From: Amoebidium appalachense
Lineage: Eukaryota; Protista; Ichthyosporea
Assembly: GCA_963693365.1 (NCBI GenBank)
Contig: CAVNZM010000007.1
Location: 4,337,962-4,401,961, forward strand
Direction: 5' to 3'
DNA length: 64,000 bases
Shown here one piece after another: positions 1 to 47,912 of this stretch. Under the pieces are notes generated by a model. The model had not been told where the DNA came from. It saw nothing but the letters and a program-made list of their open reading frames with translations, and did no database searches. Made by a program: the position numbers and the translations under genes. Positions within the stretch are counted from its first letter, which is position 1; each line of letters starts with the position of its first letter.

Positions 1-1068
1 TTGTCACAGTGAGCCGGGCCTGGGCCTGAGAACTTTTGAAAGGAAGGCCTAGGGAACGCAGTTTTTTGATGTACGTGTTTGGCTGAGAGATGTTTAATGT
101 TTACACTGGCGACTGTACGTTTATATCGACAAAGAGAGTGACCAATAGGGAAGATTATTCGTGTAGGTTTGTGTAAACAAGCCCTTGGATATGGCTTTTG
201 CTACTTATCGAATGAACCTTGATTAAGTAACACCAGTGACGCTCCGCCTGAGTAGGGTAAGGTTCCCACTTCAGTAATGTCTGAGTCTTGCCCGGGGTTC
301 AGGTGTACAACCTTGCAATCCTCCACACCTTTTTGCCTGAACGGTAGCGCATGGTTTTCCTCCCCTTACGCCTTGTTGGTCTCTCAGTCCCTCTGTTTAG
401 TTGTTTGCGCCCCTCCCCCTTTATCCTTCTACAAACCCTCTCCCCTTCGTACTTGCTGGCGACAACACCCCCCTCTCCCCCCCCCTCCCCTTCCTCCCCG
501 CCTCTCCCCCCCCCTGGGCGCACCCCTGCTACCAGCCCTCCTAGGACTCCTTGCCCTTATTTTGAAATTCAGCAGCATCCCCTTCTCTGTATGGTGTAAT
601 CGACTCCCGCTTTTTATGTGGTGGTCCGTGCTTTGGCTTTTTGGCTCAGATTATCATTCGTTCAGCGCTGCCCTTACGCTTCTTCCTTGAAGCGTTTTTC
701 CTTGTTTTTGCCTCGTTTTTGGCTCAGCATGCAATGCCTTGGTGAGCTGACATCGATCACCGCTGACATCTCCACCTCAACCCTTTACCCCAAACCGTAC
801 TGCCATGGATTCACAGCTCCTTCCCTGCCCCCTAGTTTCAACCTCCGCTTTATCCTTGGTTTTCTATGGTTGTTTTGTCAACCAATGTAAAATATCTTTC
901 ATTCGAAGGTGTGTCTTATTTATATGAGTGTGTATGGGGGAGAAAGAGAGGAGAGGGGGGGAGGGAGTCTTTAAAGGGAAGAAGGGGGAGAGGGGATAAG
1001 AAACGATGGTAGATCCAGTCGGAAGGGGTTGCGTGTACTTGAGACTAAGCAGTGGCCCCTCTGTCAGG

Positions 1069-35425
<34,357 letters not shown>

Positions 35426-35645
35426 CTCACGAATGCTTCCCTCCCTGCCCGTGTATGTAGTATGTGCGAATGCCGTGCCATGCTGTGAATGCTGTTATGT
35501 AGTTTGTACCCCTACAGTTATGTTGTACATAATTTTTAGTATAGTGCTCCATATGTATGAAAAAAGGTACCATGATGCAATAAATTTGCCATGACATTTA
35601 TGTGCGACCCTGCCCCCCTCCCCCCCCCCCCCCCCCCCCTCCCCC

Positions 35646-35711
<66 letters not shown>

Positions 35712-35813
35712 ACCACCACCACCACTACCACCGCCACCGCCACTACCGCCACTACCACCACGGCATGCCTACCGCCACCACATACACAAAATGAAAGAGA
35801 GAAAAATAAGAAG

Positions 35814-35851
<38 letters not shown>

Positions 35852-36722
35852 ATAATGCTACCACAACCACGGTGACCATGTCATTACCATTATATGCCGC
35901 GGCGACCACCACCGCCACCCCATCACTACCAACCAACACCATTATTACCATTACCATCACCCCTACGTAGTATACTTCACCTCATCACCACCCCCATCCC
36001 CAGGGTGACCTCTGTCACCACCGCCGTTATCTAATCATGACCACCACCACCACCGCCAACACCACCTCAGTTATTGCTGTTGGTGTTTCAGATAGCAAGT
36101 GGCATGGTTCCATGTGAATGTAGTTAGTGACTTTGCCAAGAGGTGTGTGGGCTAAAGTGATGCGCCGGGCGGCCGGCTGCCATGTGTACACTGTATGTGC
36201 AAATGCAGTGCATGGTACCCCATTGCGATGACGGTCTGTACATTCACCACCGTGCAACGTATGAAGTGGGTTGATTAAGGACCACCTGATTCATATAAAA
36301 TTGGATTATTCGTGAACCACCTGATCCTGAGTCAGACAGAACGATATTTGCACGGGGTCTTCAGTTATGTGCGGTGCATTATGGTGCCAGTTGAGGAGGA
36401 GTTCAATGGCGGATTGAGCGGATTATGTGGATTCGAGACAGGATGTGACAAGGCCCTGATTTGCACACAAGTACGATTGCCTTGTCTTGGGTTTGTAATT
36501 GACAGACTTCATCGTTTTGGTTTGATTGTTTCCGTGTTTAAATTGATTAGGTTGTCTTGGTTTTTTTCCCCAGCACATGCAACACCCACCCACCCACCCA
36601 CACGCACACACACGCACACACGCGCACCCTTAGCTAAGGTGCATACCCTGCACGGTACAGGGGCCATTGCCATACGTAATCACATTTTGATCCGTAAGTT
36701 TCGGTAAGGCTTTCTCTTACTT

Positions 36723-36740
36723 ACACACACACACACACGT

Positions 36741-36809
<69 letters not shown>

Positions 36810-36822
36810 GTCGTACAAATAC

Positions 36823-36888
<66 letters not shown>

Positions 36889-37014
36889 GTCGTACAAATA
36901 CGGTACATACACACGGTGGCACACACAAACACACATGCACAACAACAGAATGAGTATGCCTTCTGCTGAATGGTCTTTTAAACAATTACAACCACAGTGT
37001 GTCACGGTGCGTGC

Positions 37015-37078
<64 letters not shown>

Positions 37079-37184
37079 CGCGTGCGTGTGTGCGTAATAC
37101 TGTGTGTATGTGTGTGTGTGTGTGTGTACGTGTTGCAGTGTGCAAGATTCATGTGTGTTTTCTGTATGATTTTGTGTGTGTGTG

Positions 37185-37226
<42 letters not shown>

Positions 37227-37239
37227 GTGTGTGTGTGCA

Positions 37240-37293
<54 letters not shown>

Positions 37294-37390
37294 CACGTGC
37301 ACGTGCGTGACATTGTGTGTGTGTGCATGACGCGTGCGTGTGTGTACATGTGTGTGTGTGTCTGTGTGTGTGTGTGTGTGTGTGTGTTTT
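36723..37390. repeat. Intergenic compound microsatellite: (CA)n block then (TG)n block
   Basis: CA runs 36723-36935 with a duplicated CCGTCGTACAAATAC spacer; TG runs 37017-37390. Confidence 0.9.
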
Positions 37391-37593
37391 TGTGTCTGTT
37401 TGGTGTGTCACGGTGTGCGCGTTGCATGTGTCACTCTCTTTGTGATTGTCCGTGCAACTAGTCGTTGTGTGTACGCATGAGAGTGTGCACAGTGTTGGCG
37501 GTGCTCCTCTGAATATATTTCTAGCTACCGTATGTATGGGATATGTTTGTGTTTGCCACATGTAACTAAAAGCCCGACCATAAATGAAACAAC

Positions 37594-38131
37594 CAAAAAA
37601 GTAGGAATATCGCTCTAAACAAAATCAGCTGAAAGAAAAAGGCTGCTGTCGCAGTAGAATATTTTTTACCAAAGTTTATTCTGCAAAAGGAGTATTCAGG
37701 TATTCCGCAAAAAAGCAGAATTTATCTGCTCATGGCAGCAGAAGAACTTGCTCCAAGCAAAATAATTTCCCTGTTAGCAGAATACTTCTGCACTTTGCAG
37801 AATAATTCTACTCTTTGCAGAATAAACTCTGTTCTTTGCAGGAAAAAAATGCTCTTTACAGAATAAGTCTGCTCTTTTGCAGAACAAACTTTTGCCCTTT
37901 GCAGAACAATTCCGCTCCGACAGATCTAGAGTAAGTCTGCTCTTTTGCAGAATAATTCTTCTCTTTTGCAGAATAATTCTTCTCTTTTGCAGAATAATTC
38001 TGGTCTTTTGCAGAATACAGAGTAGTTCTGCAAAGGGCAGAACAATTCTGCCCTTTTGCAGATTAATATTGCTTTTTGAAGAAAAATTCTGCTCTTTTGC
38101 AGTGGATGGTATACATATTCCTACTTTTTTG
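37594..38131. mobile_element. Foldback/MITE-like element with 17-bp terminal inverted repeats and an internal ~21-bp minisatellite
   Basis: CAAAAAAGTAGGAATAT (37594-37610) is the reverse complement of ATATTCCTACTTTTTTG (38115-38131). The AT-rich interior has ~15 degenerate copies of CTCTTTTGCAGAATAATTCTG. No TSD seen. Confidence 0.6.
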
Positions 38132-38784
38132 TAGCACTGACGTGCATGTGTGTTGGTATGTATCAGTGGTGTTACGTGTGTGTGCACATACCTATAAAGC
38201 TTGGGGTTATGTATCCCAAGCTGGTGGTGATGCGAACCGCTTGGAAGCGAGTGTGCATGTGTGCGTATCCTTGTCCAATGCATGTTTTTACAAAAGGTTG
38301 CACAAGTGCCGCATGGCATGCCACACAAGTCATGCCAGGGAGGGGATGTTCGTGCCGACACGTTGAAAGCGGAACAGGCCGCTCTGTTATCGGAGCGGCG
38401 TGTTCCATCTTTTGCAGTACAAATGTTCAAGAAGGCACAGAGGGGCTCAGGCAAGGCCTCCTAAATAGCACACCTTTAGGAGGCCTTGGGCTCAGGTGCT
38501 AACACGTACTGACGTGTTGCCGCACGTGCGACGTTATACAACTACTCAGGGTCCCTTTTAAGTTGAAAAAAAAAAAAAAAAGAAAGAAAGGAGACACCGC
38601 CTCAGTAGGTGGTAGGCTCAGGTGAGCAGGAGGCAAGGACACGCGTGCACGTGCAGGAGTGACGGTGATGTGACGGCAGTGCACCCTTCAGGCCACGCAC
38701 AGGGCCCTTGTGGCGCTCACAGCACGTGGTGCGCGCAGCAGTGCAGCCGGCAGCCTGCAGCGTGCAGAGACCAGGCAGGTGAAT

Positions 38785-39184
38785 ATGGCCCACTACGCGG
38801 TCAGAAAGGGCCGCAAGCCCGGCATATACAGCATCTGGTAAGGCCATAACCCTCATGTACATAGCCTCCGACGTGCAGTAGGCTGGCAGGAAGGCAGGGT
38901 GTAGGCATAAATCTTCTGCACGGGTGAGGGAGGGGAAGATGGCGGTGCTAAACATGGATGCAGCCGTGTTGTGGTCACACGACTACACACTTGGCAAGAT
39001 GGACCAACCACGAACCTAGTGTGCACGCATTACAGGCTCTAAAATCCCTATGCTGCCACCAATACTTATGCAAGCGTCATCTTTGGTGGCATAGCCTCCC
39101 TCCTCACACCAACCCCTTTCCATACCCTACCCTCCTCGGTTGCTCCTTCCCAACTCTGTTTAAACCACTCTCTCTGTGGTTTAT

Positions 39185-39233
<49 letters not shown>

Positions 39234-39614
39234 ACACACCACACCACCACCCTCAGCCTTCCCCCTTGCCCCTCTCCCCACCACCGAATCAGGGCGATTT
39301 TCTTCCCTTCTGTCGCTCTTTTGCTGCAATCACTTTTCCCTCTCACCTCCTGCACTTCTGGCTGGAAAGTAGGTTTGATAATATACTCTGATTGGCTGCA
39401 ACCACTGTGAGAGGGGTAAGGGGTTCGCTCACACCTACACGCAATCCCCCTCCCCTCCCACCCCTACCCACCCCATCACTCGACGCCTCACAAACACACA
39501 CAACACTCGAACGGACACGTGCACACCCACACACGCCTACAACACATGAACGTGCGTGCCGCACGCACACACACACACGCACATACGCACACCTCGCACG
39601 CAGGAACACACACA

Positions 39615-39710
<96 letters not shown>

Positions 39711-40182
39711 ACACACACCTACACCCCCTTCCCCCCCTCCCTCCCCCACACACACCCATGCAGGCACACACACACACACACACACAATCACATGCGCGCA
39801 CGCGTACATATTCCCTGCTTACACACCCACATACCCGCAAGAACCATGACAAATCCAAATCCCCCCCCCTCCCCCCCCCTCCCCCCGGTCCCCTCACCTC
39901 CCCGTCAACACTACCGTCCAGTCACACACCCAAATTTTGCAGCCAGTGCTTGCCAACCAGCACGAGCAAATTGTGCACTGTGCCTGTGGCTGTGTGCTGT
40001 GTCTATGCCGCAGTGAGGCATATGGTTGGCCGGGTGCTGACCGGGCTGCAGGGGTGCATGTGAGGCGCAGGTGCGGGGCTATGCCGGTGCCGAGTTCAAA
40101 AAGTTCAGCAGCCAGGCAGAGGCCCAGGCCTACCTGGCAGAGCCACAGCCGCCCCCTGCGGGTTCATAGCCCCCCCTCTCCT

Positions 40183-40213
<31 letters not shown>

Positions 40214-40964
40214 TTTTTTTTTTTTGTTCTTGCAGCTAGCATGCCTGCTCTTTGTAGAGTTACCCCATCTTTCATGCAGTTAGGTGTGTACTGCACAACA
40301 TGCAGAACCTGCCCGTCTAACCTCCACACTCCCCTTCCCCACCACCACTCCCCTGCATTTCCGGCTTTACAAGCCTCCCCACCCTTTCCCCCCGCCCGCC
40401 CAATTACTTCACAACACAAAGAAAAAAGTAGAAAAACTAATCCAAGCAACCACAAGGAGATAACACTGACCACCACCCGGCAGGTAGCGACAAAGGTGGC
40501 CGGGGCCCACAGCTGACGCCAGAGAAGCTGCGGCAGGTGCGGGACCAGAGGGAGCAGTTTTTCAGTGGGGGGCTGTCACCCGAGGTTTTGCAGCGCATAG
40601 AGGACAACAGGGCAAAGGCACTGGCCATCAGACGGGCAAAAGCCGAGGCGGCCAATCAGACGTCACCTCTCAAGCGCCCAGGCCCCGACCAGGATGACGA
40701 CACAAGCCCACAGGTGATGACTAGGAACCAATGAGATTGCCTGGATGGAGGGGGGGCAGGGAGGATGGCTGCATGGTGGGCAGTATGGGGAACTTCTAGA
40801 GGTGGGAAGTGGAGTGAGGGCATGGACACATAGCATGGGCTAGGTGCAGTCTGTGGGTGGCCGTTAGGGGCATGTGTGCAATGAAGAGGTGCTAGTTTCA
40901 ACCGGCCGGGGTCCAAACAGATGGGGAGAGACAGGCTTGATGGGCGTGCTAGAAGATGCCGAGT

Positions 40965-40995
<31 letters not shown>

Positions 40996-43027
40996 GGGGG
41001 GAGGGGGGGGGAAGGGGAAGGGGGGGGGGATTGTTGGAAGATGATGTTGTCGTGTGTGTAGTGTATGTGTGTGCGTGTGTGTGTGGGGGGGGTTTTTTTT
41101 GCTCTTTTTTTTGAGCAGGGGAAGGGGGTGGGGGGGGGGGGGGGGGGGGGGGGGTAGTGGAAATGTTGCCGGGTGGGTGGGATCAGTGGTGCCATCACAG
41201 TGATGATTGCAATGGCAATATGGACGAGTAGTGAGTGTTAGTCTGTAGAGTGACACGAAGAGAATGGAGCAATTTCACGGTACATCTATCGGCACCTGTG
41301 TAAACAGCAGCTACCTGTTTACTGAATAGTGCCTTTTTAACACAAAAAAATCAGTCAAATTCGGCTTACTAAGTCAGCCTATAGAGGGGGGGAACCCACC
41401 GACCTGCATGCATGGAGCTATGTGTGGGCCATGAATCCATTGATGACATTTGTGTGCAGGCAAAGAGGCCCAAGGAGGGGCAACCTATTTCTGGCCCAGC
41501 AGCCATGGCCCCAGCACCAGCGGCCCAGCATGTTGGCCTGACGATGGATAAGGGCTATGCCGTGGTGTTTACGGACGGCAGCTGCCTGGGCAACGGCAGG
41601 GCCGGTGCGGCTGCAGGCTACGGCATATACTGGGGCAGGGGCCATGCATGGTGAGGACAAAGGGGGGATGCTGGCTGTGTGTGTGTGTGCCTGTGTATAT
41701 ATGTGCGTCTGTCTATGTGTGTGCATGTGTATGTGTGTCTGTCTATGTGTGCGCATGTGTATGGGTGTGTCTGTCTATGTGTGTGCATGTGTATGTGTGT
41801 GCTTGTGTATGTGTATGCCTGTGTACCTGTGTGCCTGTGTATGTGTGTGCCTGTGGTGTCTGCTGTATCTGGTGTGTGCCTGTATGTGTGTGTGTGTGCT
41901 TGTGCATTGGCCTCTGCATGCCCAACTGTGTCTGAGTGAAAGGCAAAGTGGTGGTAGGGAAAGGGGCCAGCTGTTTGCCTGGTGGCCTCACACAGTGCTC
42001 TCTGGGTCCCTGGGCGTGAGAGTGTGTGTGTTTCGGTCAGGGGGGCTGGAGGGGAGGGTTGGGCTCTTCGTGCCATGTGTGTGTGCATGCACTAATATTA
42101 GTGTTGTGTGAACGTTGGTGTTGTATGCATGTGGCCTCTGTGCCCACACCCCTCTCTGCTGCAGGAATGCCAGCTGCCGGCTTGAGGGGCTGCAGACAAA
42201 CCAGCGTGCTGAGCTGACGGTGGGTCCCACGTGGCAACGTCCTCCAATGCTCCCCTCCCCCCCCCCCCCCCCTCCCCTCCCCCCGCCCTCCAACCCCCCC
42301 CCCCCCCCCATACCCCCGTTTGCGCCACACACCCTTTCAGACACCATCTTGGAACCTGTCCCAACACTCATACCGGTGTCTTGATTATAGGTGGGTGTGC
42401 CGGAGCTGCAGGACCACTAATATTAGGTTGCTTAGCTTTGCTTGATACCGTGGGAAACGAGGGTGTTGCATATGATGCTGCATGTGGTTGGTGCGAGTGC
42501 CCTAGAGGTTGGAATGCAATTCTTCTGTCCCTGTCACGGTTTGTGTGTGTGTTTGTGTGTTGTGGGTAGGGAAAAGAGGAGTAGGAATGGTCGTGGTGGT
42601 GGTAATAAAGCAGGGGATGAGGGGTCTAGAGGAGGAGGGGAGATGTAAAGCAGAAGGATGGGGGGGCTTACTGGCTTGTTTCAGGCAGCCATACGAGCAC
42701 TGGAAACAGCCAAGAGCAACGGCATAGGCAAGGTCATGCTGCGCACAGACAGCCAGTACACCATCAAATGTAGGTCGTGCTGTGGTGTGCATGGGTGTGC
42801 ATGGCCACTGTTGGTTTGTATTTCAGTGTGTGCACAGCCACTGTTTGTACTGAAGTCAATTTGATCCTCTGTTTATATTGGAGTAGTTCTCTCTGCTGTC
42901 GGTCCGAGCCGGATCTATATCCGCTGCCTATATTGGAGTTTATGCGTAGTATTTAGTTGGATGTAAGTATGTGCATGTGTAACTGACTAAAGACTGGTCA
43001 TTTGCCCTGGTCCTCCCTCCCCCCCCC

Positions 43028-43084
<57 letters not shown>

Positions 43085-43496
43085 GCACGCACGCGTACAC
43101 GCACGTACACACACACACACACGCACACGCACACGCACACACACACACAACACACACACACCATGGTTTTGGCAGCTGTTACACAGTGGATCCCCAGCTG
43201 GAAGCGGCGGGGCTGGAAGGACAGCACGGGCAGCACGCCCAAGAACATCGACCTGCACCGTGCACTAGACATCCTGGCGACTGCTTCCGGCCTGGACGTC
43301 AAGTTTGTATGTGCCCCACTCCCATGCATACCACCGCCGACCCATCTACCTACCCCCATACCATTCCCACAAACCCATCTATGTTACTTACCTTGCAACT
43401 CAGCGTGCAAAACACGTACACCTGTCACCCGAATATGTAGTGGTGGTGGTGATGATTCGGGTGGATTGGTGGGTGGGGGGGGGTGGGGGTGGTGGG

Positions 43497-43536
<40 letters not shown>

Positions 43537-43650
43537 AACAGCAACTAACCTGGGCCTGTGCAGCAATATGTGGCAGCGCATGTGGGCATCGAGGGCAATG
43601 AGGCTGCAGATAGGCTGGCTAAGGAGGGGGCACTCAAGCCCATGCCATAG
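38785..43650 (+). CDS. RNASEH1: Ribonuclease H1, 8 exons (38785-38837, 40052-40161, 40484-40713, 41460-41650, 42165-42219, 42685-42769, 43176-43306, 43564-43650), ~313 aa
   Basis: Hybrid-binding domain MAHYAVRKGRKPGIYSIW|GACEAQVRGYAGAEFKKFSSQAEAQAYL. Catalytic motifs VFTDGSCLGNG, TNQRAEL, RTDSQY, WIPSWKRRGWK and YVAAHVGIEGNEAADRLAKEGA give an intact D-E-D-D set plus His. All junctions are GT-AG and phase-consistent (942 nt). Confidence 0.95.
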
Positions 43651-44172
43651 AGGCAAACAGCCACATGAGCACGCCTTCAGAAACAAAACACCCATATCGA
43701 TGCACGCACGAGCATATGCATGCACTGGCATCCATGTACGTGTGCACGGGCTGGCACACTAGAGTATTCGTGCACAAATAGACACACGTCCTCCGCGCAT
43801 GCACGACGAACACACGTAGAGGCATGGCCATGGGGACACCCATGCACAACCTGGTCCTCACCCGCACTCTCTGACACGTGACTATCAGACTTGATTTGCA
43901 CAGACACTAAGACAGAATGCGCATATGCGAGTCCTTTATTCAACCCCCAACCAGCAGGGATATCTCTTGCCTAATCTCACTTTTTGATTATGTGTCGTCC
44001 TGCCACCAATGCCACCTATGTCTGTATGTATGTACACGTGATGTTTTTACGCTTGTGCCCTGGGCAAGACCCGCTTGCCCATCATCAGCCTCTGAACTAA
44101 CAACGGCTGGTCCGTTCATAAACCCATAAACCACCATCCCCCTGCCCGTCTATAGCCTCATACCCCCCCTCT

Positions 44173-44203
<31 letters not shown>

Positions 44204-44285
44204 CGGAGGGAGCTTGTTTTTAGGCGAACTTATTTAGGCATCCACCCCCCCCTGGCCCCATCCAGTGGCCCTACTGGCTGTGCAC

Positions 44286-45425
<1,140 letters not shown>

Positions 45426-46019
45426 CTGCGGGGCTGCACCACACCGTCAGCCACCACCACAACTGCAGCAACAGTCTGGTATATGATAACCCGTGCAAAC
45501 AAAAATTGTCAAGGGAGTAGCGTGGGGTTGACAAGACACGTGGCCGAGGTACCAAAGAGCATCAGGACACAGAGGAGGAGGGGTATCAGCCGAGGGTAGT
45601 TGTGGCACTCGAGAGGGCACACAGACGGCGAGTGGAGGATGAATGCATGTTGCCTCGTAGGATGGGTGGGTAGGCAACAAAGGTCCCATAGTGATGTGAG
45701 TTAGAATGAGCATGCATAAGCACAGTTGTCTTCCGGTGGTGGTGGTGGTGGTGGTGGTGGGGGGGGGGGGGGGGGGGGGGGGGGGAGGGGGGCCAGGAGG
45801 CAAACTTAGAAGCGCATCATGATGTGCGGCAAGAGCCCAAAGATATCACTTTAGAAAACAAAGCCACACACCGGCAGGTAAATAGACGGGAGGGGGTGCG
45901 CATCACAACCACAGGCTGTCACAGTACATTCTCCCGAAGGGAGGAGGGAGGAGTGGGGGGGGAAGGAGCAATACGGCACAAACAGAAGTTAGAACGGGAG
46001 AAAGAGAGGCAGGCAGCGT

Positions 46020-46404
46020 GAGACGGAGGGAGGGAGGGAGGGCGGAAGAGATGGGGGGGAGGGAGAGAGAGAGAGAAAGAGAGAGAGAGAAAGAGAGAGA
46101 GAGGGAGGGAGAGGGAGGGAGGGAGGGAGAGGGATAGGGGGAGTGAGATAGAAAGAGAGATAGAGAGAGGAGAGAGAGAGGGGGGGGGGGGGGGGAGGGG
46201 GGGGGAAGGAGGGAGGGAGGGAGGGAGAGAGCAGAACGAAAAAACAAAAGAGAGTGAGGGTAAGAGAGACAGAAAGGGGAGGGTGACGGGGGGAGAGAGA
46301 GAGAGAGAGAGAGAGAGTGTGTGTGTGTGTGTGTGTGGTGGAGGTGGGGGACACACAGACACACAGAGAGAGGGGGAGGGAGGGGGGGAGGGAGGGAGAG
46401 AGAG

Positions 46405-46442
<38 letters not shown>

Positions 46443-46515
46443 AGAAAGAGAAGGAGAGAGTGAGAGGGGGAGGAAAAGAGAGGGGGGGACGAGGCTGGGG
46501 GGGGGGGAGGGGGGG
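46020..46515. repeat. Polypurine (GA)n / G-rich tract
   Basis: Mostly purine on the + strand for ~500 bp, with one TG/CA interruption. Confidence 0.9.
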
Positions 46516-47169
46516 TATATGGAAAAGTGACTTCGGACGGAGAGAGGTTACGGGTAAATGTGGCAAAAGAGTTCAGTACGTATACTGGAGCCTAACGTGG
46601 ATGCCAGACTCCGGGGTCGGGCAGTGTACCTACGTTTGCACGCACATGTGGGTTATTTTGAGCCATGCACAAAAACTCGTGCCAGTGTGTGCGAACGAGG
46701 GTGCGTGTGTGTGTGGTGTGATTGTGCGCATGATGTGTGAGTACGGTCTTCGAGGCCATGCTTCTGTGTTTTACCAGGTCTGCGTGTATCCTAGCTTGCA
46801 TTAGATAGGTGTGTGTCTTTCTGTGTACGGGTCTAACTCTGGGGTCTGCGTGCTATTGCAGTGAAAGGATTTGCAGGGTAGCTGGCTACACGGGCAGGAA
46901 CGAACACACGCTTCTTTCATGGGCACACAGAATCGTCCCACCACGTCTGTGCGTATGAGCACTCACCTGCCATGGTTGTGGTGGCTGGCTGAGCGCGCAG
47001 AGGCTAGAGCTAGAACTGAGGCAAATGGGTATGCACAGCACGGCTGACTGGTGTTACCGTTGTTTCAAGACTGACTGTGCCCAGAGCGAGGCAGTTTGGC
47101 GCCAAAATGATCCAGCAGCCCTCAATATTGTCGTCAGTGACACTTCCAATGACTTGATCGAGGACAGAT

Positions 47170-47231
<62 letters not shown>

Positions 47232-47912
47232 ACCCCCTTCTCCTCCTTTTGAGCCATCACCACGGAGGATGATTACACCAAGTCACTGTTGTTGAGTGCA
47301 CAACATGTTTACACCATGGCCTTATAAAGGGCTTTCGGCCCACCTTCACAACAAGCCCACAGACTCCGGCAGTAGGCCTAGGTAGGCTAGGGGTTATAAG
47401 GCCACGCAAACAGCATTTCATCAATATATTTTCACGAAGTATTACCTGCTTATTCATACATACAGGGACAGCTTCAGCTGTGCCCCTTATGGCGTAACTG
47501 GGGCTACGTTGGCACTTGCCAACTTCTGAACCCTGCTGCTAGCCTAGCAACTAGCAAGTCTTTAAACAGTTCTGACAATTTGGGGTGCACAGGCATTCGG
47601 ACAAGTTTCCTACAAAATTTAAGGGGACTCCAGGCTCCTACCTTGAAAATTAATTACATACTTCGAAGGGCAACACCAAGTTGCAAAAAAGAAACAAACA
47701 ACTTGAGATGGTCTTCCAACAACAAAGGAACGGGAGGGGAGGGGGGTTAGGCTTTGAGTAGATGCCTACTCGACAGGCTTTTAACGATGGGTGCGCAAAT
47801 CCAATCACAATGCCTCTCGGGTGCGATTGGCTCCGAACGCCGTTTTCAGGTTACGTGGTTGTGGCTGGGGTTAATTGACTTTCGCGCATATTCGAACCTG
47901 TGCCTGGCCGGG

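Noticed and set aside
36040-36480. ncRNA or snoRNA cluster downstream of UBR4
   Set aside because: Only scattered CTGA words and a short ACCACCTGAT duplication; no convincing box C or terminal stem.
36680-37561. Long CV- and HT-repeat ORFs here and throughout the window
   Set aside because: They are translations of (TG)n/(CA)n microsatellites, which lack stop codons.
37776-38102. CRISPR-like array
   Set aside because: Units are contiguous and degenerate with no unique spacers, the context is eukaryotic and there are no cas genes; it is a minisatellite.
38785-43650. Retroelement or caulimovirus origin of the RNase H and viroplasmin-like domain
   Set aside because: There is no RT, integrase or LTR. 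Seven spliceosomal introns and the hybrid-binding-domain/linker/catalytic layout indicate cellular RNase H1.
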